From Flavobacteriaceae bacterium (GTDB lineage: Bacteria > Bacteroidota > Bacteroidia > Flavobacteriales > Flavobacteriaceae): DNA of 64,000 nucleotides. Position 1 is the first letter of the stretch. The number at the start of each line of letters is the position of its first letter. Position numbers and translations under genes: made by a program. The stretch spans positions 91,077-155,076 of the forward strand of contig JAXLVF010000006.1 in assembly GCA_046329205.1 (NCBI GenBank). The letters run 5' to 3'. Below the pieces are notes generated by a model. It had not been told where the DNA came from and did not search any database. It saw only the letters and a list, made by a program, of their open reading frames with translations. Positions 1-9,687 of the stretch are shown piece by piece.

Positions 1-447
1 ATTAATTGGTTTTTTTGAAATGTAAGAATCGAGGATTTTGTCTTTGATATTTTGGGTAATGTATTTACCATAGAGAACCATACTATTCAATGCATTTTTC
101 ATTTCGTCTTCGCTACAGCCTTTGTTTAAATAGCCAGTAGCTCCAGCGTTTAAATATCGAAGTGCATAAATATCCTCGTCATATGCAGTGAAAATAATTA
201 TTTTTAATTCAGGTTGTATTTTCTTAATTTCTTCCAATATTTTCAGGCTATTGCCATCTGGAAAATTAATGTCTAAAACCAATAAATCAATACTGTTTTG
301 ATGAACTATGTCTAAAGTTTCTTTGAATGTTCCGGCAAGAAAAATTTTTGGTTTAAAAAATAATTCTTTTATAATCATCGCAACTCCTTGTCTAACAATG
401 CTGTGGTCATCAGAAATGAGAAATGATAATGGCTGTGTTGTTTTCAT
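1..447 (-). CDS. NarL/LuxR-type response regulator, receiver domain; C-terminus runs off the window
   Basis: ORF not in the supplied track. ATG at 445-447, open to position 1. Translation MKTTQPLSFLISDDHSIVRQGVAMIIKELF...DLLVLDINFPDGNS...IIIFTAYDEDIYALRYLNAGATGYLNKG shows the receiver acidic pair and the phospho-acceptor context LVLDI. It lies 29 nt downstream of the histidine kinase on the same strand. Confidence 0.8.
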   Translation of the reverse strand, partial: MKTTQPLSFLISDDHSIVRQGVAMIIKELFFKPKIFLAGTFKETLDIVHQNSIDLLVLDINFPDGNSLKILEEIKKIQPELKIIIFTAYDEDIYALRYLNAGATGYLNKGCSEDEMKNALNSMVLYGKYITQNIKDKILDSYISKKPIN

Positions 448-476
448 AGTTTGTTGTTTTGTTTCTTGAAAATTTC

Positions 477-2204
477 TTAAGCCTTAGCAAGGTTTATGTT
501 GAAAGTTATGATGGTGCCATTTTTTGGAGCACTATCAATACTGATTGAGCCATCAAAAAGTTCAACGATGTCTTTGCAAATACTTAATCCAATCCCCATA
601 CTGAAAGGATGGTTTTCTGCAATAGTGCCTATTTGATAGTGAGGATCAAATATCTTTTCGAGGTTATTTTTTGATATTCCAATTCCATTGTCAAAAACAG
701 TAACAGTAAGCTGAGTTTCAAAATCTGATAAAGTCTTGTTTTTTGCCGAAATTTTTATCTTACCATTTTGTGTAAACTTATTTGCATTTCCAACTAGATT
801 ATAGAAAAGTTGATGAATTTTTGCCAAATCTGATAAGACTACAGTGTTTTTTTCTAATTCATTTTCAAAGGAAAACTCATTTCCATTGTTTTCAGTCAAC
901 AATTGAACAACATATACAATATTTTGAATTTCTTGGTTTAAATTAAATGTTTTGTTTGTCAATTGTGGCTTTTGATTGTTAGCTTTTGAATACTCAATGA
1001 TCTGTCCAGAGAGCATTAGTAATGAATTTGTTGTAAATTCAACAGACTTCATTGTTTGTTTAATTTCTGGATTATCTATTTGATTGGCTATGTTTTTACT
1101 GTAAAATGAAACCATGCTCAAAGGAGAACGAATTTCATGACTAAGCATACTTATGATTCGATTTTTAAAATTCAAATTTTGAGTGATTTTCTGGTTAGCT
1201 TCTTGAAGTTGATTTTCATACTCAAACTCGAGTTTTGTTATCCCAAACAGAATAATAGAAATAAACATCATCAAAAGTGTGATTAGAACAATTGATATGT
1301 TTCTAATAGTTTTTTGACCAGATATTGTTTTGTTCAAATCGTTTAAGTTTCTATTCTTCTGTAAATTCAATTTACTATTTATACTAGGAATAGTTTTATT
1401 ACTCAACAATAAAAGTTTTTTATTGAGAACTGCTAGTTGTGCATTTTTTCCATTAAGATTTTCGAGAGAATTTTTTAGTTTTTCATATTCATTTTTATAA
1501 TAATTCTTAGTCTGATCAATTATATGCTGAATTTGTTCTTCAATAGTGCCTTTATTGAGTTTATTCATGTATTTGAGAGTAACTATAACGTCTTTGTGCT
1601 CTCTTTGAACATCCATTTTTCCTGTAATAGCCTGCCCGAGTCTTGTAAATAGACCTTTTTTAGGAACGCTATCAACTTTTACATATGTTTTTGTATTAAA
1701 ATCGTCAAGAAATTTTTCTGAATTAATATCGGCATTAATTTTCTTTATCTCATCAGCGTTTTTACTTTGTAAAAAATTGTTAACAACTGAGTCTATTGAG
1801 CTTTTAAGAGAGAGAATTTCGTCTTCAGCTTTGTTTTTTTTATAAAAAAGTTCTACAATTTCCTTTTCTGTTTCAGAGTTTTTCTGAAAATTATCCAAAT
1901 GATAGGATATTTTTTTCAATGACTCTAGGTATTTATTCAAGTATAAATTGTCCTTTGTAGAGATGTATTTGTTAAAATAATCTTGTGACTCAAGTACTAA
2001 TTCATCAATTTGAAATGTGTTTGAAGAAAATTTGTCTAACTTGTTTATTGTTAGTAGATTATTTTCAATTTTATTGTTTTTGTATGTTTCATTATACCAA
2101 AGAACTATAATGAAAAATTGCAAAAGGAAAATAGAAATTAAGAGAGAATAATGTATTTTCTTTCTGTTTTTTAAGTCTGTGAATATTTTTTTTATGGCTT
2201 TCAA
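477..2204 (-). CDS. Sensor histidine kinase (N-terminal TM, long coiled-coil region, second TM, HisKA + HATPase_c)
   Basis: 575-aa ORF with H-box MLSHEIRSPL, N-box LVGNANKFT and G-boxes DNGIGIS / GIGLSICKD. Forms an operon with the downstream response regulator. Confidence 0.85.
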   Translation of the reverse strand: MKAIKKIFTDLKNRKKIHYSLLISIFLLQFFIIVLWYNETYKNNKIENNLLTINKLDKFSSNTFQIDELVLESQDYFNKYISTKDNLYLNKYLESLKKISYHLDNFQKNSETEKEIVELFYKKNKAEDEILSLKSSIDSVVNNFLQSKNADEIKKINADINSEKFLDDFNTKTYVKVDSVPKKGLFTRLGQAITGKMDVQREHKDVIVTLKYMNKLNKGTIEEQIQHIIDQTKNYYKNEYEKLKNSLENLNGKNAQLAVLNKKLLLLSNKTIPSINSKLNLQKNRNLNDLNKTISGQKTIRNISIVLITLLMMFISIILFGITKLEFEYENQLQEANQKITQNLNFKNRIISMLSHEIRSPLSMVSFYSKNIANQIDNPEIKQTMKSVEFTTNSLLMLSGQIIEYSKANNQKPQLTNKTFNLNQEIQNIVYVVQLLTENNGNEFSFENELEKNTVVLSDLAKIHQLFYNLVGNANKFTQNGKIKISAKNKTLSDFETQLTVTVFDNGIGISKNNLEKIFDPHYQIGTIAENHPFSMGIGLSICKDIVELFDGSISIDSAPKNGTIITFNINLAKA

Positions 2205-2237
2205 AATAATGTAAAATGGTTGTTGTCTAAATTTACC

Positions 2238-2245
2238 AAAAGTAT
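2238..2245 (-). promoter_or_regulatory. Candidate Bacteroidota -7 box (TACTTTTG on minus strand) for the kinase operon
   Basis: CAAAAGTA on the plus strand equals TAnnTTTG on the minus strand, 33 nt upstream of the ATG at 2204. Confidence 0.35.
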
Positions 2246-2573
2246 TTTAAACAATTGCAAGTAAGTCAAAAAAATAAATTGACTAAAAACAACTAATAGA
2301 AGTATGATAAAAATGGGGCTTTTGTATAACAAAATTAATGTAGATTTTTCTAAGACATGTAGTATTAATACAATATTTATGTAGAATAAATTCTACATCA
2401 TTCTATTTCAAATAAGTATTTGTTTTTCATTAAAAATTACTGCGTTGTTTGTTTTTTTTAATGTTTTGATAATTTGTGTTTTATGGTTTTTGCAAAACAA
2501 ATAGTTTCATTTTTTTGGAGGTTCAAATGCTTTTTTTAATGAATTATTAACATTTAAAAGGTGACAATAATTG

Positions 2574-2581
2574 TAATTTTG
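2574..2581 (+). promoter_or_regulatory. Candidate -7 box TAATTTTG
   Basis: Matches the Bacteroidota sigma-A -7 consensus TAnnTTTG, 20 nt upstream of the ATG at 2601. Confidence 0.4.
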
Positions 2582-2600
2582 ATAAACTAAAAAATCAATT

Positions 2601-3455
2601 ATGAGAAAAATTATTTTTGTATTAGCAACATTAATTGCAAATTATGTAATTCATGCGCAAGTAAAAACACCACAACCAAGCCCAAAAGCCGATGTTCATC
2701 AAGTTGTAGGTCTTACAGATGTAGAAATTGAATATTCAAGACCTAGTTCAAAAGGAAGAGTAGTTTTTGGAGATTTAGTGCCATTTGGAAAAATGTGGAG
2801 AACAGGTGCAAATCAAAATACTACAGTTTCATTTAGTGAAGATGTTGTGATTAAAGGTTCTACATTAAAAAAAGGAAAATATGCCATTTTCACTATTCCA
2901 AAAGCCGAAACCTGGGAAGTTATTTTCTACACTGATACAGACAATTGGGGATTGCCAGAAAAGTTTGATGACAGTAAAGTAGCACTCAAAACAACAGCTG
3001 AAGCTATTGTTACACCTATGAAAACGGAGACTTTTACAATATCAATTAACAATTTGACAAACGATAGCGCAACCTTAGATTTTCAATGGGAAAAAACATA
3101 TGTATCACTAAAGTTTGAAGTGCCAACCCAAAAAACTGCAATGGCAAGTATAGATAAAACTTTAGCTGGACCATCTGCAAATGATTATTTTTCATCTGCT
3201 CAGTATTTTTACCAATCAAATGGCGATTTGAATAAAGCTTTGGAATACATTAACAAAGCAGTAAGCCTAACAAAAGCAGGTGCTGATGTTCCTTTCTGGT
3301 ATTTGAGACAAAAATCATTAATTCAGGCTAAACTTGGTGACAAAAAAGGCGCAATTGATACAGCAAAACTTTCATTAGAAAATGCTAAAAAAGCTGGAAA
3401 TGATGATTATGTAAAAATGAATAATGATAGTATTTCTGAGTGGAGTAAGAAATAA
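2601..3455 (+). CDS. Secreted DUF2911-like protein with C-terminal TPR-like tail
   Basis: Signal peptide MRKIIFVLATLIANYVIHAQ. The N-terminal block PSPKADVHQVVGLTDVEIEYSRPSSKGRVVFGDLVPFGKMWRTGANQNT is typical of DUF2911. Confidence 0.7.
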   Translation: MRKIIFVLATLIANYVIHAQVKTPQPSPKADVHQVVGLTDVEIEYSRPSSKGRVVFGDLVPFGKMWRTGANQNTTVSFSEDVVIKGSTLKKGKYAIFTIPKAETWEVIFYTDTDNWGLPEKFDDSKVALKTTAEAIVTPMKTETFTISINNLTNDSATLDFQWEKTYVSLKFEVPTQKTAMASIDKTLAGPSANDYFSSAQYFYQSNGDLNKALEYINKAVSLTKAGADVPFWYLRQKSLIQAKLGDKKGAIDTAKLSLENAKKAGNDDYVKMNNDSISEWSKK

Positions 3456-3477
3456 TATTATTTAAAAAAATACACTT

Positions 3478-3510
3478 AAAGTCCTGAATTTATTTCAGGA
3501 CTTTATTTTT
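3478..3510. terminator. Bidirectional hairpin terminator between convergent genes
   Basis: AAAGTCCTGAA-TTTAT-TTCAGGACTTT followed by a T-run, with an A-run on the other side. It overlaps the last codons of the symporter. Confidence 0.6.
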
Positions 3511-5211
3511 TGTATTAGATGTTACCTGAAAGATTATTGACAAAACAATTGTTAACATAGCTCCAATAAAGTTTAGCCATAAATAGCCAAGCTTTTCTTC
3601 ACCAGAAGGATATATGTGAATGGTGAAGTAATATATAATGAAAATTGCTGATTGACTTATTATAGCACTCCAAAAAGCAGCATTAGCCTTGACGAATTTT
3701 ATATAAAAACCAACCAGAAAAACTCCCAAAACTGTACCATAGAATATTGAACCTACAATATTGACTAACTGTATTAAGTTTTCAAACAAGGTTCCGACGC
3801 AGGCGAAAAGAATAGCAATAATTCCCCAAAGTAATGTGAAATATTTTGTTGCATCTACAAAATGCTTGTCTGATTTATTCGTTTTTAAATTTCTTTTATA
3901 AATGTCAATTGTTGTTGTAGACGCCAAAGCTGTTAATCCAGAGGCAGAAGATGACATGGCTGCTGAAAAAATTACCGCTAACAACAAACCAATTAAGCCA
4001 GTAGGCAAATAATTTAAAATGAAATAGATAAAAACGTAGTCTTTATCGTTTGTTTCAGATTTCGGGTCAACTTTGTGAACAATTTCTTTTGCTTTGTCTC
4101 TCAAATCTTTTTCTTTATTAGAAAGTGAAGTAAGCTGTTTTCGAAGTATTGGATTATCAAAATTTTGATTTAAATGATCAATATACAACAAATTGAATTC
4201 TTTTTTTTCTTCAGAAACTAGTTTTAATTCTCGTTCAATTTTATGGTATTCATCAGCATAAATTGATTTTTCAACAGCTGTTTTATTAATAGGATTGAAA
4301 TGCAATGGAACTGGATTGAATTGAAAAAAAACAAAAACCATAACTCCCGTTAAGAGGATAAAAAATTGCATTGGCACTTTCAAAAAACCATTCATTATCA
4401 AACCCATCTGACTTTCTTTGTCAGATTTACCAGAAAGATATCTTCCTACTTGTGACTGATCTGTTCCAAAATAGGAAAGCATTAGAAAAAAACCACCTGT
4501 AATTCCGCTCCAAAAAGTATATCTGTTTTCAGGATCAAATGAAAAGTCTAGAATATTCATTTTATCATTTGCACCTGCAATATTGAGAGCATTGCTAAAG
4601 GTCATGTCATTTGGCAACAAATGTAAAATCAAGAAAAAAGTAACAAACATTCCAAGCATGATAACAAACATTTGTTGTTTTTGAGTGACGTTTACAGCTT
4701 TTGTTCCTCCTGTAAAGGTGTATATGATTACTAATATTCCGATGATTATATTTAATAATGTCAAATTCCAACCAAGAATTGATGACAGAATAATAGCTGG
4801 AGCATATATTGTAAGTCCAGTTCCTAATCCTCTTTGAACTAAAAATAGAATAGCGGTAAAAGAACGAGTTTTTAAATCAAATCTTTTTTCTAAATATTCA
4901 TAGGCTGTATAAACTTTTAGTCTATGATATATTGGAATAAATGTATAACAAATGACAACCATAGCTATTGGTAATCCAAAATAAAACTGTACAAACCCCA
5001 TTCCATCGTGATAAGCTTGTCCAGGTGTTGAAAGAAAGGTGATTGCACTGGCTTGTGTAGCCATAACAGATAAGCCTACAGTCCACCAAGGTGTTTCTTT
5101 GTTGCCAAGAATATATTCTTGAACATTTGCACTTCCTTTTGTTTTATAAACGCCATATATTACAATGAAAAGCAGCGTAAATGTTAAGACTATCCAATCC
5201 AGTTGTTGCAT
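3490..5211 (-). CDS. Sodium:solute symporter (SSS family)
   Basis: 573-aa polytopic membrane ORF with roughly 13-14 hydrophobic segments and SSS-like N-terminal blocks (GNKETPWWTVGLSVMATQASAITFLSTPGQAY). Confidence 0.85.
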   Translation of the reverse strand: MQQLDWIVLTFTLLFIVIYGVYKTKGSANVQEYILGNKETPWWTVGLSVMATQASAITFLSTPGQAYHDGMGFVQFYFGLPIAMVVICYTFIPIYHRLKVYTAYEYLEKRFDLKTRSFTAILFLVQRGLGTGLTIYAPAIILSSILGWNLTLLNIIIGILVIIYTFTGGTKAVNVTQKQQMFVIMLGMFVTFFLILHLLPNDMTFSNALNIAGANDKMNILDFSFDPENRYTFWSGITGGFFLMLSYFGTDQSQVGRYLSGKSDKESQMGLIMNGFLKVPMQFFILLTGVMVFVFFQFNPVPLHFNPINKTAVEKSIYADEYHKIERELKLVSEEKKEFNLLYIDHLNQNFDNPILRKQLTSLSNKEKDLRDKAKEIVHKVDPKSETNDKDYVFIYFILNYLPTGLIGLLLAVIFSAAMSSSASGLTALASTTTIDIYKRNLKTNKSDKHFVDATKYFTLLWGIIAILFACVGTLFENLIQLVNIVGSIFYGTVLGVFLVGFYIKFVKANAAFWSAIISQSAIFIIYYFTIHIYPSGEEKLGYLWLNFIGAMLTIVLSIIFQVTSNTKNKVLK

Positions 5212-5212
5212 A

Positions 5213-5314
5213 CTAATAGAATAATTGCATTAATACAAAAAAGATTACGATGTAAAGAGCATTTGCTACTAATACCCATGTGTAACTGTTCTTCCAATGT
5301 GATTTTCTTCTCAT
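5213..5314 (-). CDS. 33-aa single-TM micro-protein wedged between the deacetylase and the symporter
   Basis: Not in the track. ATG at 5312-5314, translation MRRKSHWKNSYTWVLVANALYIVIFFVLMQLFY, stop at 5213-5215. Starts 2 nt after the upstream stop and ends 1 nt before the symporter ATG. Confidence 0.45.
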   Translation of the reverse strand: MRRKSHWKNSYTWVLVANALYIVIFFVLMQLFY

Positions 5315-5316
5315 AG

Positions 5317-7809
5317 TTAATTTTTTGCAGCTATTAAATTTGCGAAAAGTCGATATGCTCCAGAAACACCTTCTGGAAGCTCTCTAAAGAAACTTAATCC
5401 AGTGTAAATATAATTTCCTTTTCCATATTTTGCTATAAGCAAAGCACCATCTTTTGGTTTTTCTCCACTATCATTAGAAGATAGGATAGGAGTAAACTGA
5501 TTGTCCCATTCGTTAGGGTAATATAAACCTTGCTCTTGTTTCCAGCCTTTAAAATCTTCAGAAGTAATTTTATTAGGATAGTTTAAAAGCGAATGTTGTG
5601 GATTCAAAAATCTGACATCAGCATCTTCTTCAGTAACTCTATCTCTAGAAATTTTGAGTTTATAAGGAGAAAAGTTAGGAGTAACAATATCATCGGTTGT
5701 ATTGTACTGAACAATCATGTTTTTTCCATTTTTGACAAAATCTAGTAGTAAATGCTGTTTTAGAGCCAGAGCATTGAGGATGTTGTATGCTCTTATTCCA
5801 GTAATAATTACATCAAGATTTTCTAGAGTTTCTTGATTGATTTGTTCAGGTTTATAAACAGTTACTTCATATCCCATTTGTTGCAAACAATTAGGAACTT
5901 CATCGCCAGCGCCCATTATATAACCAATTTTTTCATTTTTTGTTTTTATTTTAAGTCTCAATCCTTTAGCAACAGCAGGTTTTAAAACCATTTGTTTATA
6001 GATATGTGGATAGTTGATATCTGTTTTTGATAAGTTATAGTCTTTATTATCTACTATAATTTCACTTTTGATTTCAACTTCGCTGATTTCTTTGGATGGT
6101 GTAACATTGAAAACTGCCAATACTTCTTCTCCTTTTTTATCCATTTTAAAAGGGATTTCTTCTGGTAAAGATTTCCAATCACTTGGTAAACTAAGTTTAG
6201 CAAAACCTGATATATTGTCTTTTCCTGCTGTTATTTTTACAGTAATTGTTTTGCTTCTGTCATTGTTAAATACATATACTTTATTATCCAAACGCGAGGT
6301 TACTATAGGAACTACATCTACTGGTTGGTAAATTTCACCTTTAGCATCATCATTGTATTTGTAAACAATGCTCTTTTCAAATGGAATAGTTACTCCGTTA
6401 ATTTTTAAATTAAAAACTGCATTTAGATTTCTTGTCACATCTGGAATTCCAATAAGTTCTTGTTTGCTAACAGTGTACATTCCTGTTGTTTCTTTTTCAT
6501 CCAGCCAATACGGATTTGTGTAATCGTAATCAAATGGAATACTTGAACTGATTGTTTTGATAAATGATTTATTATATTGTAAATCAATATTTTTTTCAGA
6601 AATATTTTTATCAAAATTTAATGAAATCTCATTGATTGTAGAAGGAATATTACATCTATTGATAACTTCAAATTTTATATTAAAATTCGAGCCAGGAGTT
6701 AATTCTTGTGTGTCAGAAACTGCTTCTAGGTATAAGCCCATACAACCCAAAATAATATTTTTTAGCTCTTCAGTTTTTATTTTTTTCCAATGTTCATCAC
6801 CAATGTTTTGAATTAATTGATATGTTTTAATTAATTCAGGAACGCTAGTTGATGGATTATTGAAATCAAAGTTTTTTTCAATTTCAGAAAGTAATTTGCC
6901 AATAGGAGCACCATTTTCAACTCTGTTCCAAGTTAAATCAATTCCTTCAAAAATGTTATTAATATCTTTAGATTTTTCACCTTTGATAAATTCGAGATAC
7001 TCTATATCTTCACCTCTTGTTCCCGTTGAACCAAAACCTTGCGACTGATGTTTACTTCTGCTAAGCGCTGCAATTTCTTGATTTGATTTACCCACAGCAG
7101 AGTAATATGTACCTATATCTAATTTTGAATAACTACTCTTGTCAGCTTTTTCAAATTTTTCTTGACTACCAAAAAACCACCATGATGGATTAAAAAAAAC
7201 TTTTTTGGGTTGCCAAGTATTATAAAATTTCAATTGTTCAGGAGCAAATTCATTTTTAGCTGCATTTTCAAAAGCTTCAATACTCAATAAAGCAGAAGCT
7301 GTATGATGACCGTGAGTATTGCCTGATGTTCTATGATCAAATCTATTGATAATTATGTCTGGTTGAAATTTCCTAATAGCCCAAACCACATCTGTTAAAA
7401 CATCATTTTTATTCCAAATTTTTAATGTTTCATCTGGGTTTTTTGAAAAGCCAAAATCATTAGCTCTAGTGAAAAATTGTTGACCACCATCTATTTTGCG
7501 TGCTTCTATTAATTCTTGAGTTCTAATCACGCCAAGTAATTCTCGAAGTTCGGGACCAATAAGATTTTGACCTCCATCACCTCGAGTTAAAGATAGATAA
7601 GCCGTTTCAACTTTTTTGTCATTGGCCAGCCAAGAAATTAAGCGAGTGTTTTCATCATCTGGATGAGCTGCAATATAGAGAACAGAGCCTAGTGTGTTAA
7701 GTTTTTGGATTTGTGAAAATAATTCTACTGCAGAAGGTTTTGTGGGTTTTTGTGCAAATAGAAATAATGGAAAAATAACTATAAATAAATATTTTTTAAT
7801 CAAAGCCAT
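5317..7809 (-). CDS. PIG-L/LmbE-family N-acetylglucosaminyl deacetylase with large C-terminal extension
   Basis: 830 aa, signal peptide, AHPDDEN zinc-binding motif near the N-terminus and HHTASA block. Same operon as the symporter. Confidence 0.8.
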   Translation of the reverse strand: MALIKKYLFIVIFPLFLFAQKPTKPSAVELFSQIQKLNTLGSVLYIAAHPDDENTRLISWLANDKKVETAYLSLTRGDGGQNLIGPELRELLGVIRTQELIEARKIDGGQQFFTRANDFGFSKNPDETLKIWNKNDVLTDVVWAIRKFQPDIIINRFDHRTSGNTHGHHTASALLSIEAFENAAKNEFAPEQLKFYNTWQPKKVFFNPSWWFFGSQEKFEKADKSSYSKLDIGTYYSAVGKSNQEIAALSRSKHQSQGFGSTGTRGEDIEYLEFIKGEKSKDINNIFEGIDLTWNRVENGAPIGKLLSEIEKNFDFNNPSTSVPELIKTYQLIQNIGDEHWKKIKTEELKNIILGCMGLYLEAVSDTQELTPGSNFNIKFEVINRCNIPSTINEISLNFDKNISEKNIDLQYNKSFIKTISSSIPFDYDYTNPYWLDEKETTGMYTVSKQELIGIPDVTRNLNAVFNLKINGVTIPFEKSIVYKYNDDAKGEIYQPVDVVPIVTSRLDNKVYVFNNDRSKTITVKITAGKDNISGFAKLSLPSDWKSLPEEIPFKMDKKGEEVLAVFNVTPSKEISEVEIKSEIIVDNKDYNLSKTDINYPHIYKQMVLKPAVAKGLRLKIKTKNEKIGYIMGAGDEVPNCLQQMGYEVTVYKPEQINQETLENLDVIITGIRAYNILNALALKQHLLLDFVKNGKNMIVQYNTTDDIVTPNFSPYKLKISRDRVTEEDADVRFLNPQHSLLNYPNKITSEDFKGWKQEQGLYYPNEWDNQFTPILSSNDSGEKPKDGALLIAKYGKGNYIYTGLSFFRELPEGVSGAYRLFANLIAAKN

Positions 7810-7877
7810 GCGAATTGAAATTGCTTAGCCTCAAATATAGTTATTATCTATTTTTTGTTAATTGTTTTAACAAATTA

Positions 7878-8252
7878 TTAATTGGACGCAAATGTATATG
7901 TAAATCTCCCATTGGAACAATATGGGTATTCTTTTTTATGGATTGCTATTTGACTTTCAGGATTGTCATCATCAAAGTCTTTTATCAATACTCTTACATG
8001 CTTGTATATAGAATATCCACCGTAGTAACTTGGTAATTCTTCAGATTTTTTCCATTTTTTTTCATCTTGATAGATGAAAACTTTATTTTGATTATCATAA
8101 TACGCTTGTAGGTTTGGATAATAATAATATCTAATGATGCAATTATTATTTAAGTTTCTAGCCATTACACATTTACTACTTTGTGCATTAATTATATTTG
8201 AAGAAAACATAATTAATAATATCAATGTTAATCTAATATTTTTCATAATCAT
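7878..8252 (-). CDS. Small secreted protein of unknown function
   Basis: 124 aa with signal peptide MIMKNIRLTLILLIMFSSNIINAQ. Candidate -7 box (TAACTTTG on the minus strand) at 8288-8295. Confidence 0.55.
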   Translation of the reverse strand: MIMKNIRLTLILLIMFSSNIINAQSSKCVMARNLNNNCIIRYYYYPNLQAYYDNQNKVFIYQDEKKWKKSEELPSYYGGYSIYKHVRVLIKDFDDDNPESQIAIHKKEYPYCSNGRFTYTFASN

Positions 8253-8572
8253 AATTTTAGAAATTAAACATTCGATTTATGATAGAACAAAGTTAATTTA
8301 TTTTAAACTAAAAAAAACGATAAAATTCACAATAAAATCGATAAAATACATAAAAATACTTAAAAAGTAATATTATATTTACAAATACAGCAAATTTAAT
8401 TGTAGGATATTACTAGCAAAGATAGTAAAAATATGATTAAGATAAAGTAATTTGTAATATATTGATAATGAGGATATTTAAAAAAAGATTTTAAAAAGGG
8501 TAATAAAATATGTTTGTGAATAAATTTTACAAGACTATTTAATTATCAATTACATTGATTAAAAGACATTTA

Positions 8573-9106
8573 TTAGTCAGTAAAGTCGTCTTGTTGTTCA
8601 TGTTCATTTTTAATGATTGAAATTCCTTTTTGCAACAATAAGTTATTTGGATAAGTTATTTTTTCATTATTTATTGTTTTTATATCAACATGAAAGGCAT
8701 TTATATCTTCTATTTCACCTTCAATTGGAAAATCTTTATCATGTATTTTGATTGTATCTCCAATTTTAAATGGAAAAAAGAAGAATAAAATAATTCCTGA
8801 TGTAATATTGCTCAAAATTGACCATTGAGCAAACATTGCAACACCGACAATTGTGGCCACAGATGAGATTGTAAATAAAATATCTTTTTTTTCAACTCCC
8901 CAAATAATAGTTAGGGCAATAAAAAATAAAATGTTGAGTAATAAATAAATATACTTAATAACCAGATTTGTTCTTTGCTCAATAATATAACTTGTTCGAG
9001 CATATTTTCTAATCAGTTTTGCAGTAATAATTCTCAGTAATAGATATACAATCAATACGATAATTGATGCTATTACTTCTGCGGTAAATGATGAAAAAAA
9101 ATCCAT
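8573..9106 (-). CDS. Small mechanosensitive-channel (MscS-like) family protein
   Basis: 177 aa with three N-terminal TM helices followed by the beta-domain block FKIGDTIKI...GEIEDINAFHVDIKT. Confidence 0.7.
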   Translation of the reverse strand: MDFFSSFTAEVIASIIVLIVYLLLRIITAKLIRKYARTSYIIEQRTNLVIKYIYLLLNILFFIALTIIWGVEKKDILFTISSVATIVGVAMFAQWSILSNITSGIILFFFFPFKIGDTIKIHDKDFPIEGEIEDINAFHVDIKTINNEKITYPNNLLLQKGISIIKNEHEQQDDFTD

Positions 9107-9687
9107 TATAAATTATCTAAGTATTTAAAAACTAAATCGGTAGGCAATCCAACGACATTTGTATAAGAACCTTCAATTTTTGAAATAGCCGTTAAACCTA
9201 TCCAATCTTGAATTCCGTATGCACCAGCTTTGTCAAAAGGTTTATATTCGTTTAAATAGTGATGAATTTGCTCTTTAGTCAACGAATTAAAAGTAACTTT
9301 TGTTTTGCTGTTTAGAATGTCTTCATTTTTTGTAGTTTTAAAGCAAACGGATGTTATTACTTCATGTGTTTTTCCAGACATTGATAGTAACATTTCAACC
9401 GCATCATCAAAATCTTTTGGTTTTCCTAGAGCTTTACCATCGAGCCAAACAATGGTATCACTAGTGATTAATAAATCATTATCTATTAAGTCATTAGTAA
9501 ATGCTTCAGCTTTCAATTTTGCCAAATAGTTGGTGATTTCTTCTGCCAATAAACCTTCAGGAAAAACCTCTTCGATTTCTTTAATTCTTATTTCAAAATC
9601 AATACCAAGTTCTTTAAAAAACTGCTGTCTTCTAGGCGAACCAGAAGCTAGAATAACATGATATTTTTTGAGCTTATCCTTTAGCAT
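9106..9687 (-). CDS. maf: Maf-like nucleoside-triphosphate pyrophosphatase
   Basis: 193 aa. ILASGSPRRQQ N-terminal motif and AGAYGIQ C-terminal motif. Confidence 0.9.
   Translation of the reverse strand: MLKDKLKKYHVILASGSPRRQQFFKELGIDFEIRIKEIEEVFPEGLLAEEITNYLAKLKAEAFTNDLIDNDLLITSDTIVWLDGKALGKPKDFDDAVEMLLSMSGKTHEVITSVCFKTTKNEDILNSKTKVTFNSLTKEQIHHYLNEYKPFDKAGAYGIQDWIGLTAISKIEGSYTNVVGLPTDLVFKYLDNL

Noticed and set aside
6068-7048. Three plus-strand ORFs (6068-6331, 6557-6811, 6860-7048) in the track
   Set aside because: They lie entirely antisense inside the 830-aa PIG-L deacetylase gene. Their translations are low-complexity and hydrophobic, as expected for shadow frames in AT-rich DNA.
7815-8370. 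Plus-strand ORFs 7815-8036 and 8134-8370
   Set aside because: They overlap the better-supported minus-strand secreted-protein gene (7878-8252) and its promoter. Their translations are I/F/K/L-rich, which reflects base composition rather than coding.
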